The notes under the pieces: model-generated | Database searches by the model: none | Told to the model about the DNA's origin: nothing | Seen by the model: only the letters and a program-made list of their open reading frames with translations | Shown: piece by piece, positions 1 through 14,015 of the stretch | How positions within the stretch are numbered: position 1 is the stretch's first letter | Layout: each line of letters opens with the position of its first letter | Assembly (NCBI RefSeq): GCF_964355755.1 | Contig: NC_092673.1 | Location: forward strand, 5,828,001-5,892,000 | Origin: Antedon mediterranea | Taxonomy: Eukaryota; Animalia; Echinodermata | Length of the DNA: 64,000 bases | Direction: 5' to 3' | Position numbers and translations under genes: made by a program

Positions 1-3000
1 AAGGTGTCAGTTAGTTGAGTTTGAATTAAAATTGTTTCAACTGAAGTGTATAAGATATAGTAAACCTATATGTCATGACATTGGAGAACGGGCGATTATT
101 CCAGTTTCATGTGCACTGTGTCGTTATTTGACATTTAGAGTTCATGGAAATGAAAGCAATTTATCACGTAGGCTATGAAGAACAAAATCAACTGTAAAAA
201 CATACTTGCACAAAAATGTGTGGGTGACTGATGATTTGATTAGAAATTGATTTTGAGCCTCTCAGCCAAAATTTGAAAATTGAGATTTTTTTAGATAATC
301 AGTCAACACAAAAATCTGTACAGAATGAACTAAAACGAGGATAAAGACGATTTTGTACAATAGCAAATTTTTAAGATTACCTAATTAATAAATGAGAAAG
401 TACAGTACCGTAATACAAACTACCAGCACTTCAGTTTCTTTATGAAAATTCAAATTATAACACTGATTTTGAGGAGGCCTAAGATAAATTTATATTACTG
501 TCCATTTAACATGTTTGCGTGAAAAAGTTATTACTATTCAATTAACACTTCAAAAAAGAAGGTTTGTGTAATTTTATGGCTGAGAAGTTTTTTTCAGGAA
601 TAATTGTCACACTAAAAGCTTTATTGATGTTTAGGCTTTAAATTATTGAAGGTATATATATTCAAACAAAGAAACCATACAGGCAGCCAGGGGCGGTCAC
701 AGGACCATTTTAATGGGGTTGCCCAAGAATCCAGGGCTGTCGGTACCGAGCATTTGCGGCACAAGCACCCATGGTGAACCTCTAGATCACTGCCGGAGAT
801 TACACTCTATATCGGGCTACAGTAGAAAACAGCAATACCGATTGTATAACGCATATTTTTTCCGCCGGTTATAGGATAAAAACAATTTAGATAAAAATTA
901 TTTTGAAATAAATTCTAAAGAAGTCAGTAAAACCACAATTTTCATTAAACTACACTCCAGAAAAGAAAATATCGAAATTTGCAGAAAGAAGCAATTTTAA
1001 CACTGTTATTTCAAAGTTAGGAACGTCCGTAATTATTACGGAATTTTGGCCCAATTTTACGGACATGGGAAATGAAGATATACCTTCTCATAATGCACAA
1101 GCAATCCAAACAGTCAGAAATTCATTCTGAGCATGTTCAGAAACATAATTATCTACATATATATCTGTGCACGGTATTGTTGACTGCAGGCTAATTGTAC
1201 GCTGCAGTCTGTCAATTTATATATATGTCTCAGAATGTAGTGGAAATGAACATTCATTGACAACTACATTTACTTACAAACAAACGGCTACCGACACCTT
1301 TGTTGTTTACCGCCGTGTAGCAAACTTGGCAAAAGATCAAAACAGATCACGGCGGAGTAGCGAACGTGCTTGCTGAATTTCTATTTATAGTACAGGTGAA
1401 TTTACAGGTAGTATCTTCTAATAAAACTAAAGAGGCTTATCTTCAAACTTGTTTTTAATTATACTTTGCGACGTGCCCGATGCTAATTTATTCATTTTTT
1501 GTATGTACGTACGTACTTTCAATTTAACAACTTTCGGGTGTCAATGTAATTGGAGAAATTATTCTTTTATTTTTAACAAGTTCTTTTTTGTATGTTTGTG
1601 TTTTTAAAAAACAAGTCTGGTCCACACGAACCCCACTGGCCTCGTATTTTCAAATAACAATAGTGCTAAAGGGGAGGAGTTTCTTTTAACATGAATATCG
1701 AACGTTCAAACGGTGTAGTACCTTGCAGACGGGTTTCAGAACAATAGAAGACGCATCTAGATGCGTCTCTGTGGTCTGGAATAATTATTTCGATCGTGCC
1801 TTATTTACCCATTTATCAAGGCAATCCAAATCTCTTTGTAGGGTTGAGTTTTTGTTGGTGTTGTATTTTCCAGGACTATTTTAAAGACCCATTCCCTACG
1901 ATTTTAGATCTAATTTAAGGTCACAAACTACATTAATAATGACTTATTTTTAATAAAAAAATATATGGAAAATGATCTTACGTCATGACTGCATTGTCTA
2001 TTTGACACCCTATAAATAAATGCATGATTTTTTTTTTATAAAAGGGAAATCCCGGAAAAAAATGTAGCTGTTATCTATATATAAATTTACGTAAGGGCAA
2101 AATTCGGTAAATCGCGCCTTACTTTTAGAATGTTTACTCGATGGTATATAAAGTTGGTTCGTACTTTCGGTACTGATTTTAACCACCTGATGTAACCCTG
2201 TTTACTAATTAAATTAAGTTAGATAATTAGTTATTGACGATTAAAACAAATTTAGGTTCCACAATTTGCCCCAAATAGGGGTGTTTTCCGATCGTGGTAT
2301 ACACTGTCTCCATCTTGAAAAATACCCGCCACAAAAATGCGAGGAGGCTTCGCATATTTTATTTATTTTTATTTTAAATAAAATTTAATGACTTTTTTTT
2401 ATAAATATAAACAATTTGCCATAAAAAAAATCCATTATATATGTCTTATCAATGAAACTTATTCAATAAACACTAAGTTTGAATAGCTTTAATATTATAT
2501 AAAATAGGCCTCCAAATGAATCGAACTGTAATTTTAATTACAAATTTATACATTTTGAAATCGGTGTCTGTAAATAAAAGAAAGAAGGTAACACAGCTTA
2601 AATTATTTGAAAACGAATTTGAACAAAAAAGAAAAATAAAGGTGTCAGTTAGTTGAGTTTGAATTAAAATTGTTTCAACTGAAGTGTATAAGATATAGTA
2701 AACCTATATGTCATGACATTGGAGAACGGGCGATTATTCCAGTTTCATGTGCACTGTGTCGTTATTTGACATTTAGAGTTCATGGAAATGAAAGCAATTT
2801 ATCACGTAGGCTATGAAGAACAAAATCAACTGTAAAAACATACTTGCACAAAAATGTGTGGGTGACTGATGATTTGATTAGAAATTGATTTTGAGCCTCT
2901 CAGCCAAAATTTGAAAATTGAGATTTTTTTAGATAATCAGTCAACACAAAAATCTGTACAGAATGAACTAAAACGAGGATAAAGACGATTTTGTACAATA

Positions 3001-4575
3001 GCAAATTTTTAAGATTACCTAATTAATAAATGAGAAAGTACAGTACCGTAATACAAACTACCAGCACTTCAGTTTCTTTATGAAAATTCAAATTATAACA
3101 CTGATTTTGAGGAGGCCTAAGATAAATTTATATTACTGTCCATTTAACATGTTTGCGTGAAAAAGTTATTACTATTCAATTAACACTTCAAAAAAGAAGG
3201 TTTGTGTAATTTTATGGCTGAGAAGTTTTTTTCAGGAATAATTGTCACACTAAAAGCTTTATTGATGTTTAGGCTTTAAATTATTGAAGGTATATATATT
3301 CAAACAAAGAAACCATACAGGCAGCCAGGGGCGGTCACAGGACCATTTTAATGGGGTTGCCCAAGAATCCAGGGCTGTCGGTACCGAGCATTTGCGGCAC
3401 AAGCACCCATGGTGAACCTCTAGATCACTGCCGGAGATTACACTCTATATCGGGCTACAGTAGAAAACAGCAATACCGATTGTATAACGCATATTTTTTC
3501 CGCCGGTTATAGGATAAAAACAATTTAGATAAAAATTATTTTGAAATAAATTCTAAAGAAGTCAGTAAAACCACAATTTTCATTAAACTACACTCCAGAA
3601 AAGAAAATATCGAAATTTGCAGAAAGAAGCAATTTTAACACTGTTATTTCAAAGTTAGGAACGTCCGTAATTATTACGGAATTTTGGCCCAATTTTACGG
3701 ACATGGGAAATGAAGATATACCTTCTCATAATGCACAAGCAATCCAAACAGTCAGAAATTCATTCTGAGCATGTTCAGAAACATAATTATCTACATATAT
3801 ATCTGTGCACGGTATTGTTGACTGCAGGCTAATTGTACGCTGCAGTCTGTCAATTTATATATATGTCTCAGAATGTAGTGGAAATGAACATTCATTGACA
3901 ACTACATTTACTTACAAACAAACGGCTACCGACACCTTTGTTGTTTACCGCCGTGTAGCAAACTTGGCAAAAGATCAAAACAGATCACGGCGGAGTAGCG
4001 AACGTGCTTGCTGAATTTCTATTTATAGTACAGGTGAACTTACAGGTAGTATCTTCTAATAAAACTAAAGAGGCTTATCTTCAAACTTGTTTTTAATTAT
4101 ACTTTGCGACGTGCCCGATGCTAATTTATTCATTTTTTGTATGTACGTACGTACTTTCAATTTAACAACTTTCGGGTGTCAATGTAATTGGAGAAATTAT
4201 TCTTTTATTTTTAACAAGTTCTTTTTTGTATGTTTGTGTTTTTAAAAAACAAGTCTGGTCCACACGAACCCCACTGGCCTCGTATTTTCAAATAACAATA
4301 GTGCTAAAGGGGAGGAGTTTCTTTTAACATGAATATCGAACGTTCAAACGGTGTAGTACCTTGCAGACGGGTTTCAGAACAATAGAAGACGCATCTAGAT
4401 GCGTCTCTGTGGTCTGGAATAATTATTTCGATCGTGCCTTATTTACCCATTTATCAAGGCAATCCAAATCTCTTTGTAGGGTTGAGTTTTTGTTGGTGTT
4501 GTATTTTCCAGGACTATTTTAAAGACCCATTCCCTACGATTTTAGATCTAATTTAAGGTCACAAACTACATTAAT
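1..4575 (+). repeat. Near-identical direct duplication, period 2638 bp (1-1937 = 2639-4575)
   Basis: Position 1 aaggtgtcagttag recurs at 2639. Identical 69-aa ORFs sit at 1167 and 3805. I saw one substitution (gaattta vs gaactta, ~1401/4039). The copies diverge after ...caaactacattaat (1937/4575). Confidence 0.97.
1940..2355 (+). repeat. Near-identical copy of 7434-7848; an inverted related copy lies at ~40358-40805
   Basis: tgacttatttttaataaaaaaatatatgg...gaggaggcttcgcat is present at both sites. The reverse complement of ~7570-8015 is visible at ~40358-40805. Confidence 0.92.
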
Positions 4576-4935
4576 GTAAAAATTAATACTATATGGTCCT
4601 ATTGAGATAACTTTTTTCGTCTTTAAATGGTTAAAAATGTGAAAAATAAGGTGATTCTAATAATTGCGCATGAATTGATATTTTTGTTTTTATTTATGTA
4701 ATTCACACACTTTTCGATCGATCGCGATGCCAAAACAAATAGAAGACTCCTAACTTTACCAGCAAAAATACTGGGTTCCCCCAATTTGTATCAACGGAGT
4801 CTGTCAAAAACAGAAAAATAATTAATGCAGCAACTATACAACTAGGCCTATAGCTCACGTACGATGTTCGTACGTTACCGATGTTTACCAGCTAGGCCTA
4901 CAAAACGTCAGAAATTTTAGGGAATGGTTCTTTAA
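4519..4935. mobile_element. Kolobok-like non-autonomous DNA transposon (TTAA-flanked MITE), family A
   Basis: Ends are ttaa-AGACCCATTCCCTA ... TAGGGAATGGTTCT-ttaa (1 mismatch). A TTAA target with AG termini is the Kolobok pattern. A longer inverted relative lies at 44610-45242 and a truncated left end at ~1881-1937. Confidence 0.75.
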
Positions 4936-5220
4936 GAGGGTTGCCCAAAGAGTCCAGGGATGTAGACAATGCCCTGTGGCAAATCGAATTGTTAAACCCC
5001 TAATTGGCTGCAAATGGTACTCTCGCACATAAAATTCATGATAAATGGAATCTCTAGTTCGCCGGAAATATCACTCTATAGTGTGCTAGCAAACCGAGGA
5101 TTGTAGTCAATATTATTCTAAAGTCAAAAAGTAAAACCACAATTTCCAAAATTCATTTTCATTTATCCACTATAAACTGTAAAATAGTGTTGCTTAAATC
5201 ACACTCCAAAATAAAATTTG

Positions 5221-5320
5221 ATTTATTTATTTATTTTGTTTTCTTTCAGTAGGGTAGCCCTCTCTCAGTAATAAAATAAAAACTGCTCTTCCGAGGGGCC
5301 GCTACGACACATTTAGACAT
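5221..5320 (-). mobile_element. Probable 3' tail of a LINE (inverted)
   Basis: An (ATTT)n tract lies next to a short stem-loop-like segment (agggtagccctctctcagt...actgctcttccgaggggcc), as in CR1/L2 3' ends. No coding evidence. Confidence 0.35.
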
Positions 5321-5399
5321 AATTTTAAAACAACTTTAACTAAACTTACACTAAAACTTCAAAGCATGTTCTCATTGTCAGTGATTCTAACAATACTAA

Positions 5400-7060
5400 T
5401 GACACTTCTTTTAATAGTAAATTTTCTTTTGATTTGATTGCACCAGAAGTAGTTTTTGATCATATAAACGCTTTTCAAAACAACAAAGCTTCTGGTATTG
5501 ATAATCTTGATTTAAAGTTACTTAAACTTGCCTCTCCTATTATCTGCCACTCACTTACTCACATTATAAATTCATCATTAACCGCAGCGACATTTCCATC
5601 AGCCTGGAAAGATGGGGACAGATCTAATTTCTGTCCTACCTATATTATCAAAAATCATTGAACGATTTTGTTTACGATCAACTTTATGAATATCTAACAT
5701 ATAACAATATTATGACTCAATGCCAATCAGGATTTAGAAATGTTCACTCTACTAATACTGCACTTATTGATGTTTCTGAATACGTGCTTAATAATCTTAA
5801 CAATGGCAAAGTCACTGCTGCCATTTTTCTTGATTTAAAAAAGGCTTTCGACACAGTTGACCATAAACTTCTATTAATATAAACTTGAACAATATGGGAT
5901 CAGAGGTACTACACTGAACTGGTTCTCAACATACCTTTCTGGAAGGTCACAGATTGTTAAAATTTACTCAAAATTATCTGAACCTAAAGATGTTACTATT
6001 GGTGTGCCTCAAGGATCCATCCTTGGGCCACTTCTAATTATTATTTATGTAAATTCCTTACCAGAAATTATAACTCCTAATTCAAAATGTGCAATGTTTG
6101 CTGATGACACTAATGTCCTTTGTTCTGCCTCTGATCCCATCGAATTACAATCTATTATTGATAAAAATGTTGCTAATATATCAAAATGGTTTAAAACAAA
6201 CAAACTAACAATTAACGTTAAGAAGAACAAATTCATGCTATTTAGTTCCAAACATAATTTTCCAAACTTTTGTAATATTTCTTGTTTAATTAATGATAAC
6301 ATTGTAGATAGGGTCGATAGTTTTAAGTATTTAAGAATCACGTTTGATACATTTTTTACGTGGGGAAAACAGATTGAGAATTTTTGCTCAAAGATTTCCC
6401 AACGTATTGGTGTTATACGTAGATTAAGAAGTTTCATTCCAAATTTTTCTCTTAAGCTCTATCTAGTCTTAGCAAATATTTTATCATTTTTTGATTATTG
6501 TAGTCCCGTTTGGTCCAACTGTTCATCAGCGCACCTTTTCCAAATATTGTTAAATAGACTTGCCAGAATTATCTTATATGCTGATATTAGAACACCTGTT
6601 AATGATCTCATGACATCACTTAATTGGAAACATATAAATCAATGATGGGACCATAATATTCTTATAACGACCTTTAAATGTTTAACAGGTACTATTCCCG
6701 ATTACCTAATTGATTTTTATGATTTTATTGATAATTATCATAATTTAAATACAAGAAGCAAATCGAAAAACACTTTAGTCTTACCAAAATGGCATAATGA
6801 TTCTGGTAAAAGAACATTTCAAACTCTGGAATAATCTTTCACCAGATATTCGCAGCTCTATAAATTCATTAACTTTGCAATTGTTTAATAATTTGATCTA
6901 ACTGGTTTTTTTTTCTTGCTTCTTGTGATATTGTAGTCTTTAAAAACGTTTTCATAATTTTCTATTTTTATTGTTTATATTTGTAATTTGTAAGTGTTAA
7001 CTGGACTTCAAGGAAGAACAATGTACAAATATTGAATGAATATCCAGAATAAAGAAAGAT
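5400..7060 (+). mobile_element. 5'-truncated, degraded CR1/L2-group LINE (reverse transcriptase)
   Basis: ORF fragments 5434-5661 (KASGIDNL, LK..SPII), 5658-5882 (QSGFR..HST.TAL, AIFLDLKKAFDTVDH) and 6004-6645 (PQGSILGPLL, MFADDT, FKYL, DYCSPVW). These are broken by stops and frameshifts, with an aataaa tail near 7048. Confidence 0.93.
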
Positions 7061-8339
7061 TTCTATTTATCTATTGTTAATTATAACTTTTTTATACCAT
7101 TTTTAACTACAACCATCCTAAACCACCCACAAAAATTCACTTAAATGAATCTTAACAAGTGGTTTAAAACGGTTATAATTTTTGATTGAAAATTGATTGA
7201 TTGATTGAAATTCATATTGGATTTTTAGTACATTCAAAAAAGTGACGGCAAAGTTAGGCTTACCAATGATTATTCAAGTTCAACACTGTAACTAATCCCT
7301 CACTATTCAATTAAAATTATATTATACTAATAAATGCATGTTTTTTTTTTATAAAAGGGCAAAAACAGGTAGCTGTTATGAAACATCTGCCAAAATGTTT
7401 ATCGCCTAAACAAATTGTGTATCATCATTTCACTGACTTATTTTTAATAAAAAAATATATGGAAAATGATCTTACGTCATGACTGCATTGTCTATTTGAC
7501 ACCCTATAAATAAATGCATGATTTTTTTTTATAAAAGGGAAATCCCGGAAAAAAATGTAGCTGTTATCTATATATAAATTTACGTAAGGGCAAAATTCGG
7601 TAAATCGCGCCTTACTTTTAGAATGTTTACTCGATGGTATATAAAGTTGGTTCGTACTTTCGGTACTGATTTTAACCACCTGATGTAACCCTGTTTACTA
7701 ATTAAATTAAGTTAGATAATTAGTTATTGACGATTAAAACAAATTTAGGTTCCACAATTTGCCCCAAATAGGGGTGTTTTCCGATCGTGGTATACACTGT
7801 CTCCATCTTGAAAAATACCCGCCACAAAAATGCGAGGAGGCTTCGCATTTTCCTATCTCCTCCTACGACAATTGTTTTTAATAGCTGAAAACCGGTTGAA
7901 CAGCTAGAGTACAGCATCATAATGTTGAAGACAGGCCGATTTTTGAAAAAAAATACTATTTTGTTAGATTTAATATACGATTATACAAATGTATTGATTT
8001 GCGATGAATGGAACATCCCAATCTCTCAGTCTGCCAGAGTTTGGTTTAACACAAGTAGGTAAATTTATGAGCCCTTGGTTTAACACATGCGGTAGGTAAA
8101 TATATGGTACCTTTGAAAATAAACTTGCAATACTTTGACAATACTGTAAATACCTATTAACTATTGTTGGTCCTCATTTGAATCGAACATTTCTTACTGT
8201 TAGATGTAATATAAAAATATATACAAATAAACTTTATTACTGAGATTGTGGATAGGCTCTACTGTTAGATATATAAACACATTATTATATACAAATAAAC
8301 TTTATACTGACAGTTCTTTCTCAACGTTTGTATTAATTA

Positions 8340-8840
8340 ATAATTACCAAAAATATATACGTCATAGTGGTGTATCGTGACATCTACTTTAATATTTCAA
8401 TCGATTATGACAGTGACAGTTTTAACAAAGTATTAAATCACAAATGTTTTACTGTATTTAGAGGTATATTATTTATAGCCCTATAAAACATGAACAAAAT
8501 ATTTCGTTACTGAGTGGATAAAGAATATATTTAAAAAATTTTCCTCTTTACCTATCCGCTTTCCCATCCCTCAACCTTAATGTTACATACAAAACACAAA
8601 TTGGGTTTCTTTTAAATGAGTCCAAATCAAAAATTTGGACTCATTTTGTGATTAGTTTCTCCTTCGGAAGTAATTCCCAGGGTGCTAATTTTAGTTGACT
8701 ACATAAATCATCGTGTCTATTTATTCGTTTTTGTAAACGACAATGTATTATATAGTCCTGCGGTACGTACATTTGAAATCGCCAGTTTTGTTACGCTGAA
8801 ATTACTGTGTATTCGAGAACCATCTGTGGGTACAACCTAG
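8340..8840 (+). repeat. Dispersed ~500-bp repeat family (copies at ~36180-36660 inverted and ~43055-44060 interrupted)
   Basis: Shared blocks are caaagtattaaatc, cccatccctcaacc, aattcccagggtgc and tttgaaatcgcca...gctgaaattactgtgtattcgagaaccatc. Confidence 0.8.
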
Positions 8841-9137
8841 TAGAGGAAAAATCTGCCAAAATGTTTAATTGCCTTAAACAAACGTGTATAGTGTATATGA
8901 TCATTTCACTGATTTATTTAATAAAAAAATATATGGAAAACGATCATACATCATTATTACGTCGTCTAATTGACACCCTTTATATATATATATATAAAAG
9001 GGGAATCCCGGTCATCAAAAAACACGTAGCACGAAATCTACAAGTAATTCGATCCCATAGCCCTCCTGCAGGGAGTTTAATTCAAACAATAAAATGTACA
9101 TAACGTTTTTATTGAATCTAAATTGAATTAATATTTA

Positions 9138-10099
9138 GGGTATGTTCAGACCTACGGAGTTATGCTTTTGTATCACAGCCAAGGTCATATTTTAATGAGC
9201 GTCGTAAGAGCAAAGTGTTCAGATTCATTGCAACGAAGTAGCGTTACAAACGGATATGATGTCACTCGCTGGCGATTAACCAAACTCTAACGCACGCATA
9301 GACCTACCTTTGTTGTTATTAAAAGTAGTAGTGGTTGGTTGGGAGTTACAGGCCTAGACCGAACACTTGTTTGTTGTCAGGCATACCAACCAGCCGATCG
9401 TTTTGGGGTTTGGGTTTATAATATCAATATATATTATAAATATCATTTATGGCAGAAAAAAATTTTCAAATCCCGTACTTGCACCGGCTCCAGATTTATT
9501 TACTCGGTTTTTCGACGACCCCTTCAATTTTGTTTGAATTTTAAATCCTTCTTTATGAGGATGGCCCGTCTGCTAACGTGTCCGCCATGTCGTTGAACAC
9601 AGACAGACATCTTGTTGCCGGTGCTTTTACGCCAGTTTTTCACTTCCAACCGATCTCTGAACTCAGGGCTTCCCCACAATGAAATAAGGTATTTTACTTC
9701 GGTTTCTCGCCAATGCGCACGCTTTGATGACATTTTAAATTAATTAATATAATAATAATAATACTGTATAGTGTAACAACAAAAGGTACGATTTTTTCGC
9801 ACGTTCACCGATCACAACAAATGGATCAGCTTGGCTATACGATGAGGAGCACATGTCACGATGTGATGTGGCGAATATTGTAATTTGATTGGCTAGATAT
9901 CTAACCTAGGTCATATTCATCGATGCGTGACTTTCGTATTGTAAGCGACGTCCACTAAACTCATACCTTGAGGTTTCGTAGCGTACGAAATATCAGTGTC
10001 GTACGAGGTGGCTTCCACTAATCTTTTCCTGGTTCAGACCTAAGGATTTGTACGCCGCGTACAATACGAAAGCATAACTCCGTAGGTCTGAACAGGCCC
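9138..10099 (-). mobile_element. Non-autonomous PIF/Harbinger element retaining a Myb/SANT-like (trihelix) gene remnant
   Basis: TIRs of ~36 bp (gggtatgttcagacctacggagttatgc / gcataactccgtaggtctgaacaggccc), with TTA at 9135-9137 and 10100-10102. The minus ORF 9524-9733 begins MSSKRAHWRETEVKYLISLW. Shifted frames give VFNDMADTL, IQTKLKG and NKSGAG. Confidence 0.88.
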
Positions 10100-10770
10100 T
10101 TACTTGATCAAATATATGTAATCAGGGAAGATAATTAGGTGAAGTATAAAAATGATACGTTGTTGGTACTTTACCTGGGCTTAATTGAATTGTGATATAT
10201 ACTATACTAAAATGAATTTTTCTCTTAAATGTTCTCTTACGTAAATAAAAGACACAAATGTACGTTTTCTCTATCAAAATATATTACATTTGAATGAATG
10301 TTAACAAATAAATATGCAAATATTACAATCAATGGTCAATTTTATTGGCACACATTTCTCCGAGACCTGTAAAATAAAAAAAAACCAATTTAAGTATAAA
10401 AGTATTCACATGGCAAAAACAACCTCTAGTTTTGTGCCATCAAATCGGTAAGTAAGTAAGCCAATGGGAACGAGTAGGCCAAAAAATGGGAACGAGTAAG
10501 CCAAATAATTAGGTACAAGTTTGCATGGGTACAGGTTGGTTTGGGTATGGGTTAGCCAAAGTGGGTACGAGTTGACTCGGAACTTGGGTATGGGTTGACA
10601 TAAAGTTTATAAAATCCATATAAATAATAATATTTAATATAATTATTAAAAACCAAATGTTACTGTTTTAATCAATGTGAATCAAATGTAGGCCTTGGCT
10701 AGGCCTACCTTTTATTTGATTCAAATGACAGGAATCTATTTAAATGATATAAAAAAATAATGTTTTATAT

Positions 10771-10860
10771 TCGTGTAATGGTACAAATAATGGCATTTGG
10801 TGAATGATGAAAGGTTATATATAACCTTTCATCATTCACCTCATGCCATTATTTGTATAC
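10771..10860. repeat. Palindromic hairpin element (fuller copy at ~60900-61069)
   Basis: acaaataatggca..tgaatgatgaaaggttatat|ataacctttcatcattca..tgccattatttgt is self-complementary. The 60.9-kb copy adds a central caactcggctttgcctcgttg. Confidence 0.85.
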
Positions 10861-11219
10861 TATTATATTGTTGAAAATGGATTGCGTGGTATGAAAATTT
10901 ATTGACAGTAAGCGTCTGGTTATTAGGTATCCATGCAGTGATGAAGCAGAGGATTATTTTCGTAGCGTTCTATTTAAAATTAATTTGTTTACAAAGAAAT
11001 ATTTTGGTTGTGAAGGTCGTTAATTTTGTTGGCACCAGCAATACTTATTACCAATTTCAACAATGATAAAATGCCCTGCAACTCTCTAACTATACGTTAT
11101 GACCGCACCCCCCTCCTTTATAGAGGTTCAATGTTTTAATTATGTGACATATTTGTGTGTATGTTTGTATACTCTTATTTTCCCTCTTATTTTTAATATT
11201 TGTAAATGATCTATCCAGA

Positions 11220-11720
11220 GCATGCGATTTGTCTTGGTGTTTATATAAATGAACATTTAAAGTGGATCAGTCACCAAAATTATGTATAAAAAGAAATAGC
11301 AAGAGTGATTGGTATCATAAGTAAATTAAGACAAATATTCCCATAAAAAATGTTATACAATACACTAATTCAACCACATCTTTTGTATTGTAATTTAATT
11401 TGGGCAGCAGATTATAAACAATTAACAAATTAAACAAATTAATTAAACGTGCCTCCCGATTTATTACTTTTTCTCATTATTGCGCACCTTCTGAACCAAT
11501 CTTTAAGCAACTCAATATTCTCAATATATACGATTTTAATGAATTACAAACTGTATCTTTTATTTTCAAATTCCACAATAACAATTTACCAGTGACCATG
11601 TCAAAATTATTTAGCTGACAAAATCCCATAAACTGTATCAATTACAAATACCCTTGTTTAAATTAAAAACTTCAGAATTCTTCATTACTGTCGCTGGACC
11701 ACGATTGTGGAATGGACTTA
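11220..11720 (+). mobile_element. Degraded LINE RT C-terminal fragment (CR1/L2-like)
   Basis: Broken frames read IARVIGIISKLR, YNTLIQPHLLYCNLIWA, SEPIFKQLNILNIYDF and GPRLWNGL. Confidence 0.75.
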
Positions 11721-12649
11721 CTGTAATGACAACCTTAAGATACCAAAATCTTTGCTTGTTTTTATTTTTTATTGATTTAATGTCTTAATTACTTTATCTG
11801 TTTACTTGTTAATTATATTATTTTAGTTTGATACATGAATTTATTCTTCTAGTATAGATCCTCAAAATGATATTAAAATAAAAATAACTGTTGGCGGAAA
11901 ATAAAAAAAAAGCAAACAACAATACGATCGTAGCCAAAACACAGGCGACTAAAAATAGGATAACATTTTTTGCTTCAATGTGAAGGTTTTTCCCGAACAC
12001 AGTGTGTATCGGCCTTCTTTCGTACCTCTAATGACTGAGATACATATCTCCCTGATCTCATGATGCGCGCACCACAAGCAACTAGTCAGTCAGAAATTCA
12101 TTCTGCACATGCTCAGAAACCTATTTACAAAAAAATATGTCGACCGCACAATGTGACAGTGGTTAAATATTACGGTGCATTCTGCCAATTTACAAATATT
12201 CTCTTCCAGACTGGACTATGACGATATTGTATACAACAACATTTCGTATGAAATTAATTGGGTGTTGCCTGGGTCCGCCCCTGATTTTTATCCTAAAAAT
12301 CATACATATTTAGGGGCTAATTTGTTTTTATCCACATCTAATGCAGCATCATTGACATGAATGTGGCTGGTCCAAATAGTGTACCTTGAGGTACTCCTTC
12401 CAAGAGTTGTAAACATGATAGGGTATTTTGGTAACACTTTGGCTTCGATTGGACAGGAAACTACAAATCCAAGGGATAATAGATGGTCTAGCATCCATAT
12501 TTATCACCTTGGGGATTACAATGTTATGATCTACACGGTATTACAACTCTAGAGATACTTTAATGATTCTCTGCATGCAGATAAAAAGGCTGTTCAGCAA
12601 TTTCATGAGATAGAAAACCCTTTACAATTACCAAATTGATTATCATCAA

Positions 12650-13010
12650 CTATTTAACAATATAACACCTAACATTTCTAGGCCCTCCAGCCTTTTTACT
12701 ATTAATTGTTTTAACTAAAAAGTCCATGGAAAGATTTCTGGAACGGGTGGAGGATCTACTGTAGTTGAAACAAATTTGGTTATTGATATTATTGGCTACA
12801 TCTTCAACAATTTCCAGGTTAATATCTGGTGGAGGGATGATTAATCTTGTTGATGTGTTGTTCATTGTCATAATTCAAATCTCCCAATACCAGTTCGCAG
12901 GATTAGATTGTTACAGTCTTTCAACTCTGGTATGATAATATTCTTTTTTATCAGATGCAATTGCTCTATTAACTTTATTCCTAAAGAAGGAATGCCACAT
13001 CACCAAAAAC
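12650..13010 (-). mobile_element. Degraded LINE fragment (endonuclease-RT linker)
   Basis: The minus strand reads RNKVNRAIASDKKEYYHTRVERL*.SNPANWY...ANNINN...KKAGGP, typical of the pre-RT region of non-LTR elements. Confidence 0.55.
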
Positions 13011-13584
13011 CACTGCCTTTGTCATGTTATATTACCACTTTTACTTTAAAAAATGTTATTCTCAGTATTAATCAAACATTAGAATGAGGTACATTTGAAG
13101 TTATAAAACATTTAATTTATTTCATCTTTTTATAAATAATAAAAAAAAACATTTTCAAGGCAAGGATTTAACTAATCTAATTTAAATATGTTTAATATAT
13201 GGAAAATAAATTTCATGGAAGGAAGCGATTGATGGAGTTATAGCTACCATGGAAGCCAGCCTTTAATTTCATAACCATATTCATTACAGAATTACAGTTT
13301 TCAAATGTCAATAACTTAATAAACATTTCAGTCTAAATCATAGAAAAGCAATTCATTAACTGAAATTATTTCTCTTCTGAAAAAAAAAACCAATTATTAA
13401 ATAAAAAGAGCAAATGTTAATTCAATTTGTGGATGTCAAAAGGCCGGTGGCGACAGGCCAGGTGGCAAATATGCCAGGAGGCAAATCCAGGTGGCAAAAG
13501 GCATAATAATGCAAAAGGCCGGGTGGAAAAAGCTCAGACGGCGGAAGTTCAGGTGGCACCCTATCTCCCAACCACCCTCTCCAA

Positions 13585-13900
13585 CTAAATCCCCAGACTT
13601 TTTGAAATGTAGTTTAAAACCTTCCCGGTACAATTGCGATCATTTTGATATATACCCCATATGTATGGTTACGTGCAGAAACAGAAATTTGTATAAAGAA
13701 CAAACATCGAAAGTGGGAAAAAGTGGGCTATTTTGACCACATTTTGGCCCCTAACTTGGATCCTAGATGGCGGATGATGTTGAAATATAGTTTAGAACAT
13801 TCCCGGTACAATTGCGGTCATTTTGATATGTAAGGTTACGTGCAGTAACAAAAATTTGTATAACGAACAAACAGACAAACTCTCTCACTTATAATATAGA
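13585..13900 (-). mobile_element. Helitron-like 5' end with two ~180-bp internal repeats
   Basis: The minus strand starts A|TCtatattataagtgagagagtttgtctgtttgttcg. The block ttcccggtacaattgcg.tcattttgatat...ggttacgtgcag is repeated at ~13622 and ~13800. Confidence 0.5.
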
Positions 13901-14015
13901 TTGCATATCTGTAATGCGTACATACCCACTGTTACTTTTGAAGCGCATTGTGTAACATGTAATTTTAATATCTTTTATTTTGTGTTTGCAGACAGATACG
14001 TACAACGTTATTAAA

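Noticed and set aside
1167-1376. Duplicated 69-aa ORF (also 3805) as a conserved small gene
   Set aside because: The identity is explained by the DNA duplication. It has a GTG start, no recognisable motif and no synonymous divergence.
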